The notes: generated by a model not told the origin, from the sequence alone. A stretch of 64,000 bases of DNA from Batkoa obscura (GCA_030770535.1 JASVEC010000014.1:930001-994000); one strand, 5' to 3'. Shown: positions 38,755 through 51,682, counted from the first letter of the stretch. A program made the numbers and translations.

Positions 38755-40387
38755 ATGAGTCAGCTGTTATCAATAAATCAAACTAGAATTTGATCTACAT
38801 GTAAGGAATGTTATAAACTGAAAAGAGGATCCAGCTTGGTGATTCCTATTTTTAGTAGGTGTAAGATAAAAAGAACAATATATATGAGGAGTAAAGAAAA
38901 AAAATAAAAAAACCAATAATGAACAACAATGAAGCTTTTCATTCATAAGCACTTTTATTAACCAAGTCGAACAAAATCAAAAAGGAAATAAAACTTAAAG
39001 ATCTCATAGTTGTAAACAATAAATAATTTAAACAACTCAAAATATCTGGTGGTGGCAGTCGGTTTAACTCTAATGCCTCAATAGCATCCGTTTTCCCTAT
39101 CAGAATGTTTGATTCCCCTTTAGTATTTGGTCTAAACTCTAATTTCTTTTATAGCATTGCTTCAAATAACTTCCTTATAAACTTTTTTTTAGTAACATGC
39201 CATCAGTAGAGTTCACATGTGTTATTTTAAAAGGAAAGGCCAAAAGACACTTTAATGTTCTATAGCTTATATACATTTATTTTAAAAGCATAAATATATT
39301 ATTACCGTTGTTTACCTTCAATCAGTTTACAAGTAATAAAAGAGATTTGACACTGATTGATCCGATAATGTTGGTTGCTTGGCCCGTATTGGTATAGATA
39401 ATAATTTGTTAAAGTCAAGGCTGAACTTAGAAAATATTTTTCTAGAATATTTTAAACCAAGCCGACTAAAGGTCAGTTTAAGTAATATTTAATCAGCGGT
39501 CACTTCATTAAATAGATTAATAAGAAGTCACTCAGTACTGCCATTCTATCATTTTTTTAACCTGCACAACTATTGTATATTACTATGCTTGAACTTAGCT
39601 ATAAAAATGAAATGAAAAGAAAGTTGCGTTACTTGGCAGTAGTATATTTATTGCCATTTGATAATTCATATTCTAACCTACTATTCGACACCAATAGTAT
39701 ATAGAAAAAATACAAGGTAATTGCAGATATAAATAAAGATGAAGCAGATGAAGCAGATGAAGCAAGAATGCAATTCATACTATCAACGCATCCAATTTTT
39801 TGCTATAATTGCAGTATACATTAAAAACATTATGCCAATGCCTTAGTACACATTGATGCCTTAAATCCAAGCAATACAAAGGTAGTAAAAATCATCTTTT
39901 TATTAAAAACTTTATTATATTCTAATATTAAAAAGGTAATGAGTAAGTTAAAAGTTGCTCAACAAGCTGCTTCACCCAAACTATCAGGAGATATGGTCAG
40001 CATGCCTATTGGTCATATCAGAATAATAAACTACTTGGATAAGGTCGAATTATATAATGTTAAGTGGTCAAAATTAGGTAAAAAAAGGAAAATTTATACC
40101 ATAAGTGTTTTTTGAACGTGAGGCTGAATGATCTAGGTATTTAGGAATCCAATATTAAAATTTTTACCTACTATAAATCTAAACTAGATCGAAAATATTA
40201 TTCTACTCTTAGGGATTCCGCTTTTTTACTCATTATAAATAGTATTTCTGCTTATACGAGTTGGGTGAATGATGTTTCCAGTTTGTTTGATCAAATATGT
40301 AAGTAACTCAATAAATTGGCTAAAGATATTAGCACGAGGCTATTATCTGTTATTAAGCTTGCAGTATAAAGTATGAATCGTAAATAA
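38755..40387 (+). pseudogene. Zn2Cys6 TF family pseudogene (copy 6)
   Basis: MSQLLSINQTRI*STCKECYKLKRGS (stop, Cys lost) and GGSRFNSNASIASVFPIRMF. Multiple stops and frameshifts over a full-length span. Confidence 0.9.
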
Positions 40388-40829
40388 AACTATCACGAAC
40401 ACGTTTTTTGTTTCGGTTTGACTGTATCTTTAGAGTTTATATTATTCAATAAATGATCAGGTTATCGATACAGCCAAGGATTTCTAAACCACTAGTGCTT
40501 AAATAACTGTATTAATAAAGAAATGAGAGTGTTCTTCTATCATTTTTCTCTATTTTTTAGAGTTAAAATTGTATAAAAATTATTGTTAAATGACTGAAAA
40601 GATATTTCCATTATAAAGCTAGAAAACTTAAACTAACAAAAAACTTCATAACACCTATAGATTATTTTATTTTATGAAAAGTGTTTTGTAACTTCCATTT
40701 AATAATTACTATTAAATTTTGGTACTCACTTTATAGATATCATTAAGGACTTTTTTAAAGAAGTTATATACATGAAAAAATAATTATTATATTAAGAGAC
40801 TAACAAAATGTATTCATTTATCGATTATT

Positions 40830-41721
40830 TTAGTTATATTTATGCTTGCATTTTTCATTGAACTTGGTAACTCCAGAATCAGTAATTTGAGCAAGCTCGT
40901 ATGGACGTTGGTCTAGATAATTTTTTTAAATTTAAGCCGGAAATCAAGGATGACATTATTACCTGCATTTGCCTTTTCGTCTTCAATTTGATGCACAATA
41001 TCCATTCCTTTGACTACACGTCCAAATGCTAAATATAAAATGTATTATTCTATACCATTACTAAATTATTTGTTTTAATTACCAACATATTTCCCATCCA
41101 AACGGTGAACATCAACAGTGGTAATAAAGAACTGAACAATCAATAAACTTATTATATTGTCTATCAAATATTTACCTGAGAACCATTGGTATCTGGGCCA
41201 TCATTGGCCATGCTTAAAGTACCATAGTCATGTTTGATGATAAAATTTTCATCTTTAAAGTCATGGCCATAGATAGAATGTCCACCATTGCCATCACCAG
41301 TAGTAAAGTCACCACCTTGAATCACAAAGTTCTATTCAATTTAAACTTTAATGTTTGTAAAATACTGGTAACAATAATCCTACCTTGACTACTCTGTGAA
41401 AGTAGCTCCCCTTAAAACCATAACCTAACTAGATTTTAATTAGTATATTATTCATTATAGTATTATAATATTTACTTCACCAGTAGATAATATACGAAAG
41501 TTTTCAGCTATAATAAAATTAATATAGAAATTTGTTTATACTAAAAGCGAGTTACTTGTTATTGGTACGATATTGCCATAGAGACCAAATATAATTCTAC
41601 CAAGATCTTTATTCCTTAATTTGATATCGAAATAAACATAGCTGGTAAAGTTCATATTTGTTTGAGCTAAACATAAGCTGGAAAATAATAATGTAGTGGC
41701 AGTGAATAAATTGAATTTCAT
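40830..41721 (-). CDS. Cyclophilin-type peptidyl-prolyl isomerase with signal peptide (CypB-like), multi-exon
   Basis: Spliced: YVYFDI...[20 protein letters not shown]...[34 protein letters not shown]...DENF...[42 protein letters not shown]. Confidence 0.93.
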
Positions 41722-42429
41722 TATTTTAATATTAATTAAAAATAAAAGATAAGAAAGTATAAAAACCTAATTTGTGTTTTTTTCCAAAGCTTCCTTTAAT
41801 TTTTTGAGATAATTTTAGTAAGCTTAATAACCTTGTTTTAAGAATATGTTATTATTGGGTTTATTAAGTGATTAGATTATTCAGTAAATTAAAATTAGTG
41901 TAACTACGAAAAACAGGCAGTAATTTACTATTTGATTGGTGTAGTATACTTTTTGTACCATCACAAAAATTATATAAAAGTTGGTATAGGAAAAATAAAT
42001 ATATTCAATTGGTCAAAGATCATAGTACAAAAATTTTACTACAGTAATTAGGTAGCAGAATAGTGCTTGTTTTTTCGTATTTTGTTATATTATTTCTTTT
42101 ACCTCATGCTCAAGATTAAAGTTATTTTTATATTTTGTAAGTTGCAGATTCTAGTCAGTTAGGATGAACCCGTGCTTACATTTCAAGAAAACTTTTGAAT
42201 GATATAAATCCAAGCAAGATTGGAGTATTATTTATAGATCATGAGCACTTTTTATGGCGCTTTTTAAGGAGCTATGATACAATAAGAGTAAAATAAAAAT
42301 ATAATTTTACATAAAATTCTAGCTAATACAAAGAAAATTTACATGTTAGTTTTATTTTAAATACCATAAATATTAAAAGCTATTAATATTTAAACTACCT
42401 ATAATAATTAATTAAAACTTATATAATAT

Positions 42430-42527
42430 GGGGATGTATTTTTGTATTTAAGAATTTTACTAACAATTTTTCTGTTCAAATAGCGCTTAAAAAGTGGAAA
42501 AGTAATGAAACCAAAAAAAACACTCCC
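42430..42527 (+). mobile_element. MITE copy 13
   Basis: Consensus match, ATAT TSD. Confidence 0.85.
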
Positions 42528-42637
42528 ATATAATACTTTTAAATAAGGCCTCAAATAATATAGAACAAAATTAAGCTTTTTTATATTTATTACACAATGA
42601 TATACATAATTTTAAAAAACATTTAGCTTATTTATAT

Positions 42638-42734
42638 AGAGATGTTTTTTGGCTTCATTACTTTTTCTATCTTTTAAGCGCTACTTGAATAGAAAAACTG
42701 TTAGTAAAATTCTTGAACAAAAAGATACATCTTC
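42638..42734 (-). mobile_element. MITE copy 14
   Basis: Consensus match, ATAT TSD. Confidence 0.8.
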
Positions 42735-42936
42735 ATATGGTAAATTACAAATTTAAAGTAATTATTTTTAATGCTCGTTGTTAATAAGATTTATAAATTT
42801 AAAATTGGGAGTAGTACTAATTTAAAACCTTACTCAAACACGAATATCAATAAATGAAAATGAATACTACTAGGTACTGAAATATTTATGTTTAAGTTCA
42901 TTTTTGAATTCCAGGTACTATTTATACATACGATAT

Positions 42937-43032
42937 GCGGATGTATTTTCGTGTTTAAGAATTTTACTAACTAATTTTCCGCTTAAATAGCGCTTAAAAA
43001 ATGGAAAAAATAATGAAGTTAAAAACACTCCC
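42937..43032 (+). mobile_element. MITE copy 15
   Basis: Consensus match, ATAT TSD. Confidence 0.85.
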
Positions 43033-43296
43033 ATATAATAAATTTTTGATAACTGCTTTTATTGAGGCTTTTTTTTACTAATGCTTTGACTTTTTTGATT
43101 GGTTTTTCCTTTCTTCCCATAATATTTACTACCTTATTTGCCTCTATATAGGTCAAATGAACTATTTTTTAAGTTAAAAAAGCAAATTGAATAAATATAC
43201 TTTAATTTAGTCTATATCGAAACTTTAATAAGGTTTTTTATAACTTTACTACGCAAAGTTTCTAAATTAAGTTTATTTGAAGATTCATGATTGAAG

Positions 43297-44919
43297 ATGA
43301 ATGAAGCGTTATCAATAAATCAAACTAGAATTAGATCAGCGTGTGATGAATGCTATAGAGTAAAAAGAGGATGCGATTTGTCAATACCCACTTGTAGTAG
43401 ATGCAAAGGGAAAGGAAAGATATGTACAAGGGAACGACAAAATAACCGAAGGCCAAAAATGAATAACAATGATGATTTTCATTCAAAAATGTTTCTATTG
43501 TCTCAACCAAGCAAAGCGAAAAAGGAAATAAAAGTTAGAAATACCATAGTTATAAACAACAGATATTTCAATCAGTTTAAAATTCCATCAGGCGGTGATC
43601 GCTTTGATTCCAGTGTTTCGGTTGCCTCTATTTTCCCCATTAAAATGTATCATTCCACCTTGATTTTCAATCAAAGTACTTATTTTCTTTATAAAATTGC
43701 GCCAAATCAGTTTCTTATTAAATTCTTTAGTAAAATGCCACCAGTGGAGTCGGGAAATAAGATTATGAAAAGAAACATCAACGTACATTATAGTGTACCA
43801 CAACTTATATATACTTATTTCGAAAGGATTAATATCATGTTGCCCTTATTTACTTGTAGTATATTTTTTAGTAAGAAAAGAGATATCAGGCTAATCTATT
43901 CCATAATGTTAGTGACTTTAACTCAAACTAGTTGTGGTGAAAACTTAACGTACCTAAAAGCGTTCCTGAAGCATAAATTGTTAAAGCATTTCCATCCGAG
44001 TCGATTAAAAATAAAATTAAGTAGTATACAATCAATGGTGATACTATTAAATGGATTAAAAGGAAGTAGCTTGGCATTACCATCTTATTATTTCTCGAAC
44101 TTACATAACTATTGTATATTGTTGGGTCTACATTTGAATCATAAAAACAGTATTGAAAGGAAATTATGCTATTCAGCAGTATTATACTTACTTTCTTTTG
44201 ATGACCCTTATTCTAATTTTTCATTTGACACTCATGATTTATGGAAACAAGATAATGCTGTGCTGGCGTTAAAAAAGAACGAGTCAATTGAATCTATAAT
44301 GAAGAGTATTTTTTTAGTGTATTCTAGTTATTGCTATAAATGTGGTTTACTTTATAAGAACTTTTTTGATACCACGATGCATATTAATATACTAAATATC
44401 ACTAATGCAAAGGCGCTAAAAATTGGTACTTTGTTAATAGCTTTATTGAATCATGCCACTGAAATGGCAACAGCTAAATACTCAATAATTAAGAGAGCTA
44501 TTTCGAACAAAATATTATACGAAACTATTGATATTATCACGAGCCATATTAAAATCATTCATCATTCCACTTGGATACTTTTACATAACATTCTGTGTTT
44601 AGCATCCAATAGTAATAAAGAGAATTTATTCTCCAGATATATACTAAGAAACAAACCAAAAGATATGGATCTTTTAGAAGAGAACATACAATCTTTTATC
44701 GTTTATAGCTTCAATTTAAAATCCAAATATTATTCTTCAATTCGACTTTTTACCTTTTTGTTAGTTATCAATAGTATTTCCTCTTATTCAAAATGGATTA
44801 CCAATGCTTCCACCTTACTTGATCAGGTATTGAGTCAATTTGACAACTTAACCAAAGATAATAATATGGGTTTAGTATCTGCTATTAACCGTATAATACA
44901 AGTTGCCATTAAAAAATAG
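43297..44919 (+). CDS. Zn2Cys6 TF family copy 7 (540 aa, intronless)
   Basis: ATG at 43297; CDECYRVKRGCDLSIPTCSRCKGKGKIC. Confidence 0.9.
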   Translation: MNEALSINQTRIRSACDECYRVKRGCDLSIPTCSRCKGKGKICTRERQNNRRPKMNNNDDFHSKMFLLSQPSKAKKEIKVRNTIVINNRYFNQFKIPSGGDRFDSSVSVASIFPIKMYHSTLIFNQSTYFLYKIAPNQFLIKFFSKMPPVESGNKIMKRNINVHYSVPQLIYTYFERINIMLPLFTCSIFFSKKRDIRLIYSIMLVTLTQTSCGENLTYLKAFLKHKLLKHFHPSRLKIKLSSIQSMVILLNGLKGSSLALPSYYFSNLHNYCILLGLHLNHKNSIERKLCYSAVLYLLSFDDPYSNFSFDTHDLWKQDNAVLALKKNESIESIMKSIFLVYSSYCYKCGLLYKNFFDTTMHINILNITNAKALKIGTLLIALLNHATEMATAKYSIIKRAISNKILYETIDIITSHIKIIHHSTWILLHNILCLASNSNKENLFSRYILRNKPKDMDLLEENIQSFIVYSFNLKSKYYSSIRLFTFLLVINSISSYSKWITNASTLLDQVLSQFDNLTKDNNMGLVSAINRIIQVAIKK

Positions 44920-46958
44920 AACTGATTTTGACTTGGTTTTTTTAAATCCTTCAAAGCTCAAAAACCCAAGTGTTTATTTGAATAAAATAGAATTATAGAG
45001 AAATGAGCTTATTTTTTAGTTTTATTGAAATGGGTTAGCTCCAAGTGTTTTATTTGCAACAATAATTTCTAAATACACAAGTAGCCAGCTTACCGAATAC
45101 AAACCTATCAATAGATAATTTCTGGAAGCGTGGTTGTTGTGTTCAGAATTTTCCTACTCTTACTAGAGCCAAAGAAGCGCAACATCGTTGATCAAATCTC
45201 AGTCTTCTAGAGAGCCGTGTATTGACTAGTACTGTCAATATAATTCAAGAGGTAGATGTAATTGGGTTTAGGGTAAAACTGTAAAAAAAGTTCATACGGA
45301 TTGATTATAAGTTCATTGAGGGGATCAAAGTTCTACTGAGCTAGATAGAGATGATAAGTAAGTTGAGAGTCCATGAGAATGAAAGAGTAACGTTGGCTAG
45401 TATGAGACCCAGGTCAGGATGTTTGACAATAAAGAGTCAAAAAAAGAGCTACTGAGCAAGACAAGAAGCGATGAACAGAGTTACACTCCTTTGTTTTTAA
45501 ATTTAATGAATTTTTGAATTTTATACTACTTATAAAATGGTTAAAAGTTGAAACAACAAAAGAATATTTCAAAAGTTCCTTATATAGTTAAAAAGTGTTT
45601 AAAACTATTTTATTGATATAGTAAGCTTAAAAATTTATATAAAGTCACCAGTATATTTTCAATTTAATTTAAACTTAAAAGATTATAAACGATTTTAAAG
45701 CTCAAAAAACAAGTATTTTTTCCTATTGATAGTTTTTTATTTACCATAATAGAAATAAATATAAGAAAGAACCAGAACCTTGACTTGAACAAATACATAC
45801 CGTATTAATACAGTTGCGAGCAATAGACTTTATTAAATCATCAAATTAAAAATTTATTTTATTTTGATTTTTCCAAAGTGATTTATTAGTCTTAGTTTTT
45901 AAATTAAATTAAATTATTTTTATATTTTAATAACCATTATATAGAAAATATTGTATACTAAAAAAAGTTAGATAGTTTTGTAAGTTTTTAATTATTATAT
46001 AGTAAGGCAACAGTGAAATTAAATTAATTTAATTTAATATAGAAAATCTGCTTTTATTTAACTTATTAAACTAAAACGTGGAATATATACATATAAAAAG
46101 AAATAAAATTTTATTTGAAATTGAAAGCTATTAAATGGCAGTTTATCATTAAAATTAGTTATTGAAAAAGTGTACAATCAAATTGAGATATTAAAGCTAT
46201 AAATTTTTGTATATTAAATGTTATTTATCGTCTTCATTCTGAAAAAACCTTTTGGGATACTTTTTATATGTAGCAGTGCTATGACAGAAGCAAACAATTA
46301 AATCTAAAAATAACCAAAATATTGAAAGCGTTCTTAAGAACTAAAAAGTGTATAAAAAGTATTATTTAATATGATTTACAGAAAAAATTATATTATTAAC
46401 TATTTCATCATTATTTGCACTACTATGACAGAGGTAAAAGTCCAATATATTATTAATTAGAGATATCTAATTTATATTGGTTGTTCTAAGAAAATTGGTT
46501 ATTATCACTATTAAAATAGTCTGTAAATTCCAAATATTAGTAAATCTTCTATTAGGTTGTTCATTATATTTCAGATACCTTCATTCAAATTTATTGCTGG
46601 TTTTTTTATCTGAATTTAAGGATTACATGGAATCATATACTTTTAAATTCAATTAAAATCAACGTATTTAAACGGGTAGTGTACTGAAACATAATAAATG
46701 ACCTAATATCAGTTCTTGAATCAATTTTGGCTTATTATGGCATTTTTAACTTTTTTTAGTTGATTTTCTCCCTTCCCATAATTTTCGCAGTATCCGTTTT
46801 GCCTCTTATTTAGTTTATCTGTAAGTTGAAAAACAAGTCAAAATTTTAGTATGCAAGCCACTCAAATTTATTTTAAAACCCAAACTTCATTATCATATCA
46901 ATTGTTTTTTGTAAAAATAGTGGACTGGATCTATATTTTTTGGGTTTTATAATCAAAA

Positions 46959-48581
46959 ATGAGTGAACCACTATCAATAGTTCAAGTAAGGATTAGACCA
47001 GCATGTGATGAATGTTATAGAGTGAAAAGAAGATGCGATTCAACTATTCCTATTTGTAGTAGGTGTAAATTGAGAGGAAAAAAGTGTACAAGAAATAGAA
47101 AGAGTAGTCGAAAACCAAGGATGCACAACAATGAAGATTTTCATTCACAAACATTTTTATTATCTCAAACAAATAAAGTAAAAAGGAAAATAAAATTTAA
47201 AAGCATAATCATTTTAAATCATAGATATTTTAATCAGTACAAAATTTCTGTGGGCGGTAGCAGGTTTGACTCTAATACTTCAATGGCATCTGTTTTTCCT
47301 ATCAAAATGTTTCATTCCCCTTTAATATTTGATCAAACCTCTTATTTCTTTTATAACGCTGCACCAAATCAATTCCTTATTAGCTTCTTCAGTAAAATGC
47401 CATCAGTACCGTCAAAATCTAATACGTTAGAAGGAAAAGTCAGCATACATCATAGATTGCCACAACTTATATCTACCTATTTTGAAAAGGTTAATGTATT
47501 ATTGCCGCTATTTACTTACAATCAATTTATGAGTAAGAAAAGAGACGTGATATTGATTTGTTCTATAATGCTAGTTGCATTAACACATATCGATGATAGC
47601 GATGAGTTATCGTATACAAAAACATTTTTGAAAGATAAATTGTTAAAACATTTCCAACCAAGTCGATTGAAGATCAATTTAAGTAATATTCAATCGATGG
47701 TTATTTTGTTAAATGGACTAAAAGGGAGTAGTTCGGCTTTGCCATCTTACTATTTTTCCAATTTAAACAATTACTGTGTGCAATTAGGCTTACATTTGAA
47801 TTGTAAAAACGATATTGAAAGGAAACTATGCTATTCAGCAGCAGTATTTTTACTTTCTATAGATGATTCATACTCGAACTTATCATTTGATACCCACAGC
47901 TTATGGAAAAATGACAACATATCGCTCAAATTAAGTAGTACTATATCAACTGAAGTGATAATGCAATCAATAATGCTAACCTATTCCAACTATTGTTATA
48001 GATGCGGTTTGGTATTTAAGAACTTTTTTGATGCTACGATGCATATTAATGTACTAAATATAACCAATGCAAAAACAATAAAAATTAGCTATTTATTAGA
48101 AAATTTAATGAACACTACCACAGAAACGGCGATAAGTAGATTAGGGATGATCAAAAAAGCTGCATTATGTAAATCATTGTCTGACACCATTAATGTCATT
48201 ATTGGTCATATAAAGATTATTCATCATTCTAGTTGGTCACTTATATACAATATTAGATGTTTAGCATCATTTAACAACAGGGATTTTTTGTTCTCTAGAT
48301 ATATAATAAAAGAGAAACCAAAAGATGCCCATCTTTTAGAAGATAATATTCAGTCATTTATGTATCACAGTTCGAATTTGAAATCTAAATATTATTCGTC
48401 AATGCCATTCTTTGCCTTTTTAATAATAATTGATATTATCTCTGCTTACTCGAATTGGATAACTAATGGTCCTGCTTTGCTTGATCAAATATTAGATCAA
48501 TTTGATTTACTATCTAAAAACAATAATATGAGATTGGTATCTGCTATTAACCTTATAGTACAAATTGCTGTTAAAAAATAA
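46959..48581 (+). CDS. Zn2Cys6 TF family copy 8 (540 aa, intronless)
   Basis: CDECYRVKRRCDSTIPICSRCKLRGKKC. Confidence 0.9.
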   Translation: MSEPLSIVQVRIRPACDECYRVKRRCDSTIPICSRCKLRGKKCTRNRKSSRKPRMHNNEDFHSQTFLLSQTNKVKRKIKFKSIIILNHRYFNQYKISVGGSRFDSNTSMASVFPIKMFHSPLIFDQTSYFFYNAAPNQFLISFFSKMPSVPSKSNTLEGKVSIHHRLPQLISTYFEKVNVLLPLFTYNQFMSKKRDVILICSIMLVALTHIDDSDELSYTKTFLKDKLLKHFQPSRLKINLSNIQSMVILLNGLKGSSSALPSYYFSNLNNYCVQLGLHLNCKNDIERKLCYSAAVFLLSIDDSYSNLSFDTHSLWKNDNISLKLSSTISTEVIMQSIMLTYSNYCYRCGLVFKNFFDATMHINVLNITNAKTIKISYLLENLMNTTTETAISRLGMIKKAALCKSLSDTINVIIGHIKIIHHSSWSLIYNIRCLASFNNRDFLFSRYIIKEKPKDAHLLEDNIQSFMYHSSNLKSKYYSSMPFFAFLIIIDIISAYSNWITNGPALLDQILDQFDLLSKNNNMRLVSAINLIVQIAVKK

Positions 48582-49077
48582 AATTGATATGGGTTTATTT
48601 TTCAATCCAGTTTTATAAGAGGTTTTTAAATTTTAAGCTGCTTAAGAAATGACAAATCATGTAAGTTAAAAGTACTTCTAAATATCAAATAAATTGTCAC
48701 ATATCTGATAAACTCACATTGAAATAACATAATATTTAATATGGGGTATATTTAAAAAAGGATTAAAGCTATAAAAAAGTTGCCCAATTTTTAGTTCAAA
48801 TTTAAAAATATCATTATCTAACTTTGATCTACAACTAAACTGTATTCCTTTAACTTGCCTTTTATCCGCAAAATTCGCAAAAAATTAAAAATAGAAAAAA
48901 AATTATGCCTTAGATTTCAACTAACCAATATCAACAATGCTAATTTCAGTGAGGAAGATTTATTGTTATATGGCCACTCTTAGAATCATGTATAGATTGT
49001 TATAAATATTTGATTTATCAATTCGCTTTGTAAAGGTACCAAGTAAAGTATATATTCTTTAGTGTCTGTGATAAAAG

Positions 49078-50700
49078 ATGTGGCAGTCACAAACAATAAT
49101 TCAAACTAGGATTAGATCAGCGTGTGATGAATGTCATAGAACAAAAAGAGGATGTGATTTAACAATACCATCTTGTAGTGGGTGTAAAGAAAAAGAAGTG
49201 GTATGTACAAGAGATAGAAAAATCAAGAGAAAGCCAAGAATGTACAACAATGAGGACTTTCATTCAAAAACCTTCTTATTATCCCGGTCAACTAGAACTA
49301 AAAGGGAAGAAAGAGTTGAGGGTGAGGTAATTTTAAATCACAAATATTTTAGTCAGTTCATAATTTCTTCAAATGGTGCTCGGGTTAATTCTAATAACTC
49401 TATTGGCTCTTTCTTTCCCATTAAATTATTTCATTCTCCTGCTGTATTAGATGAAAACTTATATTCAATTTATAAGTTTGCTCCAAATCAATCCCTCAGT
49501 TTATTTTTTGATAAATTGCCTTCAATTGAGTCAAAATTTTCTATTGTAAAGGGAAGTATCAATGTTTACAATACTATGTCACAACTTATAACTATTTATT
49601 TTCAAAGAATCAATATAATATTACCACTATTCACTTATAATCAATTCATAAGTAAAGAAAGAGATAAAATATTAATTTATTCTATGATGTTAGTTGCTTT
49701 AGCTCGGAGTAAAGATAGAAAAAATTTATTGGACTTTGAAATATTTTTAAAGAATAAATTATTAAACTATTTCAAACCAAGTCGATTGAAGATCAACTTA
49801 AGCAGCATTCAAACAATGATTGTTTTATTGAACGGATTAAAAGGCAGTAGCTTGGCGCTACCATCTTATTATTTTTCAAACTTACACAATCATTGCATAT
49901 TATTGGGTTTACATTTAAATCATAAGAATGATATTGAAAGAATGTTGTGTTATTCAGCAGCGGTATATTTACTCTCAGTTGATGACCCTTATTCTACTTT
50001 GCTATTTGATACTCATGACTTGTGGAAAAAAGAAAAGACAATATTAAAACTAAGTGAGAATGAATCAGTTGAAGTAATAATGCAATTAATAATATCAATC
50101 TACTCAAATTACTGTTATAAGTGCGGTTTATATTACAAACATTATTTTGATCCTTTATTACACATCAATGTATTAAATATAACTAATGAAAAAACAATAA
50201 AGTTCAATCCTTTGTTACAAAAATTATTGGATTCTATTACTGAACGAGTAGTAAGTAAATTAGAAGCTATTAAACAAGACGTTTCGAATAAAGTAGTAGG
50301 TAACATCATTAACATACTTATTGACCATATCAAAATAATTTATTACTCTAACTGGGTTGAGTTATATTGTATTAAGTGGGCAGCATTAGATAGCGACAAA
50401 GAAGATTTATTTATTGACTTTTCACTGAACAAGGAGCCAAAGGATTTATCTATTTTAGAAAAGAATATTCAGTTGTTTATTATTCATAACCATAATCTGA
50501 AATCAAAATATTATTCTTCAACTCGGTTCTTCGCCTATTTACTAATTATTTTTTGCATTAAAATTTATTCAAAGTGGATGCCCAATGCTTCTGAGTTATT
50601 GAATCAAGTATTGGATCAATTTAATAAGTTATCTAAAGATATTAATCCAAGCATAAAGTCGGTTATCAATCTCATAGTCCAATTTGCTAAAAAGGATTGA
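49078..50700 (+). CDS. Zn2Cys6 TF family copy 9 (540 aa, intronless)
   Basis: CDECHRTKRGCDLTIPSCSGCKEKEVVC. Confidence 0.9.
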   Translation: MWQSQTIIQTRIRSACDECHRTKRGCDLTIPSCSGCKEKEVVCTRDRKIKRKPRMYNNEDFHSKTFLLSRSTRTKREERVEGEVILNHKYFSQFIISSNGARVNSNNSIGSFFPIKLFHSPAVLDENLYSIYKFAPNQSLSLFFDKLPSIESKFSIVKGSINVYNTMSQLITIYFQRINIILPLFTYNQFISKERDKILIYSMMLVALARSKDRKNLLDFEIFLKNKLLNYFKPSRLKINLSSIQTMIVLLNGLKGSSLALPSYYFSNLHNHCILLGLHLNHKNDIERMLCYSAAVYLLSVDDPYSTLLFDTHDLWKKEKTILKLSENESVEVIMQLIISIYSNYCYKCGLYYKHYFDPLLHINVLNITNEKTIKFNPLLQKLLDSITERVVSKLEAIKQDVSNKVVGNIINILIDHIKIIYYSNWVELYCIKWAALDSDKEDLFIDFSLNKEPKDLSILEKNIQLFIIHNHNLKSKYYSSTRFFAYLLIIFCIKIYSKWMPNASELLNQVLDQFNKLSKDINPSIKSVINLIVQFAKKD

Positions 50701-51682
50701 AGTCATTTTTGGCACGCTTTCATAAGGATTTAATATTCCCCCTGTTCTTAAAAATCATAAAAGCAACAATTTTTTGGCGTTTGCCTAACATGGCAGTATT
50801 TTGTTCCTTTAAATATCAGAAGGTGTATCTATGAGGTAAATCTAGGAAAGAAGAAAGAACAGTTAGTCAAATCTTAGCCTGAGAAACGGGCTGTGAAGGA
50901 ATCAGTTATCAGACTAGGAAGCTAGATGTAAATCGACAGTATTAATTAACTATTTAATTATTTTAAAAAGCACTTAGCCTTAATTTTCGCTAGGGTAGTG
51001 GACAAAAGTGTGTCCATATTTATTAGTTAGTATTTTAGAAATTTTAAAGTAAAATAAATTAAAAAATTATATTTATAGAGTAATAATTCAATCTTATTTT
51101 AAAGTCATCTAAATTACATCTTTAGTATATTTGATGTAATTTTTGATATTTTTATCATTGATATAAGTTTGAACAAAATCCATAATTAAAGTTCATAGTA
51201 TGTTGTACTATGATCGAATTTATTTAACTTGGCTATTAGGAAAAACCTGCTGAAAGACATGCAGTGGAAAGCTTTTTGGAGTAATAGTAAATATAGTACT
51301 ATTACATTAATAGATAATCTATAATTTTATACACCTCCTGTCTTAAAAATTGAATAAATTAATAAAAAAACTTTGATAGCAATTGAATCCAAAGGTAAAT
51401 AAAAACAAAATACTATTATGAAAAACATGATGTCATTAATCATAATTGAATTAATTTTATTATAGTGTGTTTTATTTTTGTTTACTTTAGATTTAACTAT
51501 TATCAAGGAAATCTTATATCAGTTTGGTCAAATATTAAAAAATGCATGTATAATATTGAAAATCCTGTACCCTGTATGCTTTTGATTTATAAAACAGGAT
51601 AAAATTTTTAGGACTTTAGCATTCATTTGAGGCAAGATTAGCTTAATTTTGAAATATGTTTTGGGAAAATGGCCTTACATAT

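Noticed and set aside
12513..40387. Stops in the TF pseudogenes explained by introns, an alternative genetic code or RIP
   Set aside because: Lesions include indels and lost zinc-ligand Cys, lengths match the intronless paralogs, and neighbouring genes read normally in the standard code. The intact retroelement shows no sign of RIP-type damage.
50795..50943. ~140-bp purine-rich segment between two CAGTATT copies as a mini solo LTR
   Set aside because: The TG...CA ends and the putative TSD do not register exactly, and there is no second copy in the window.
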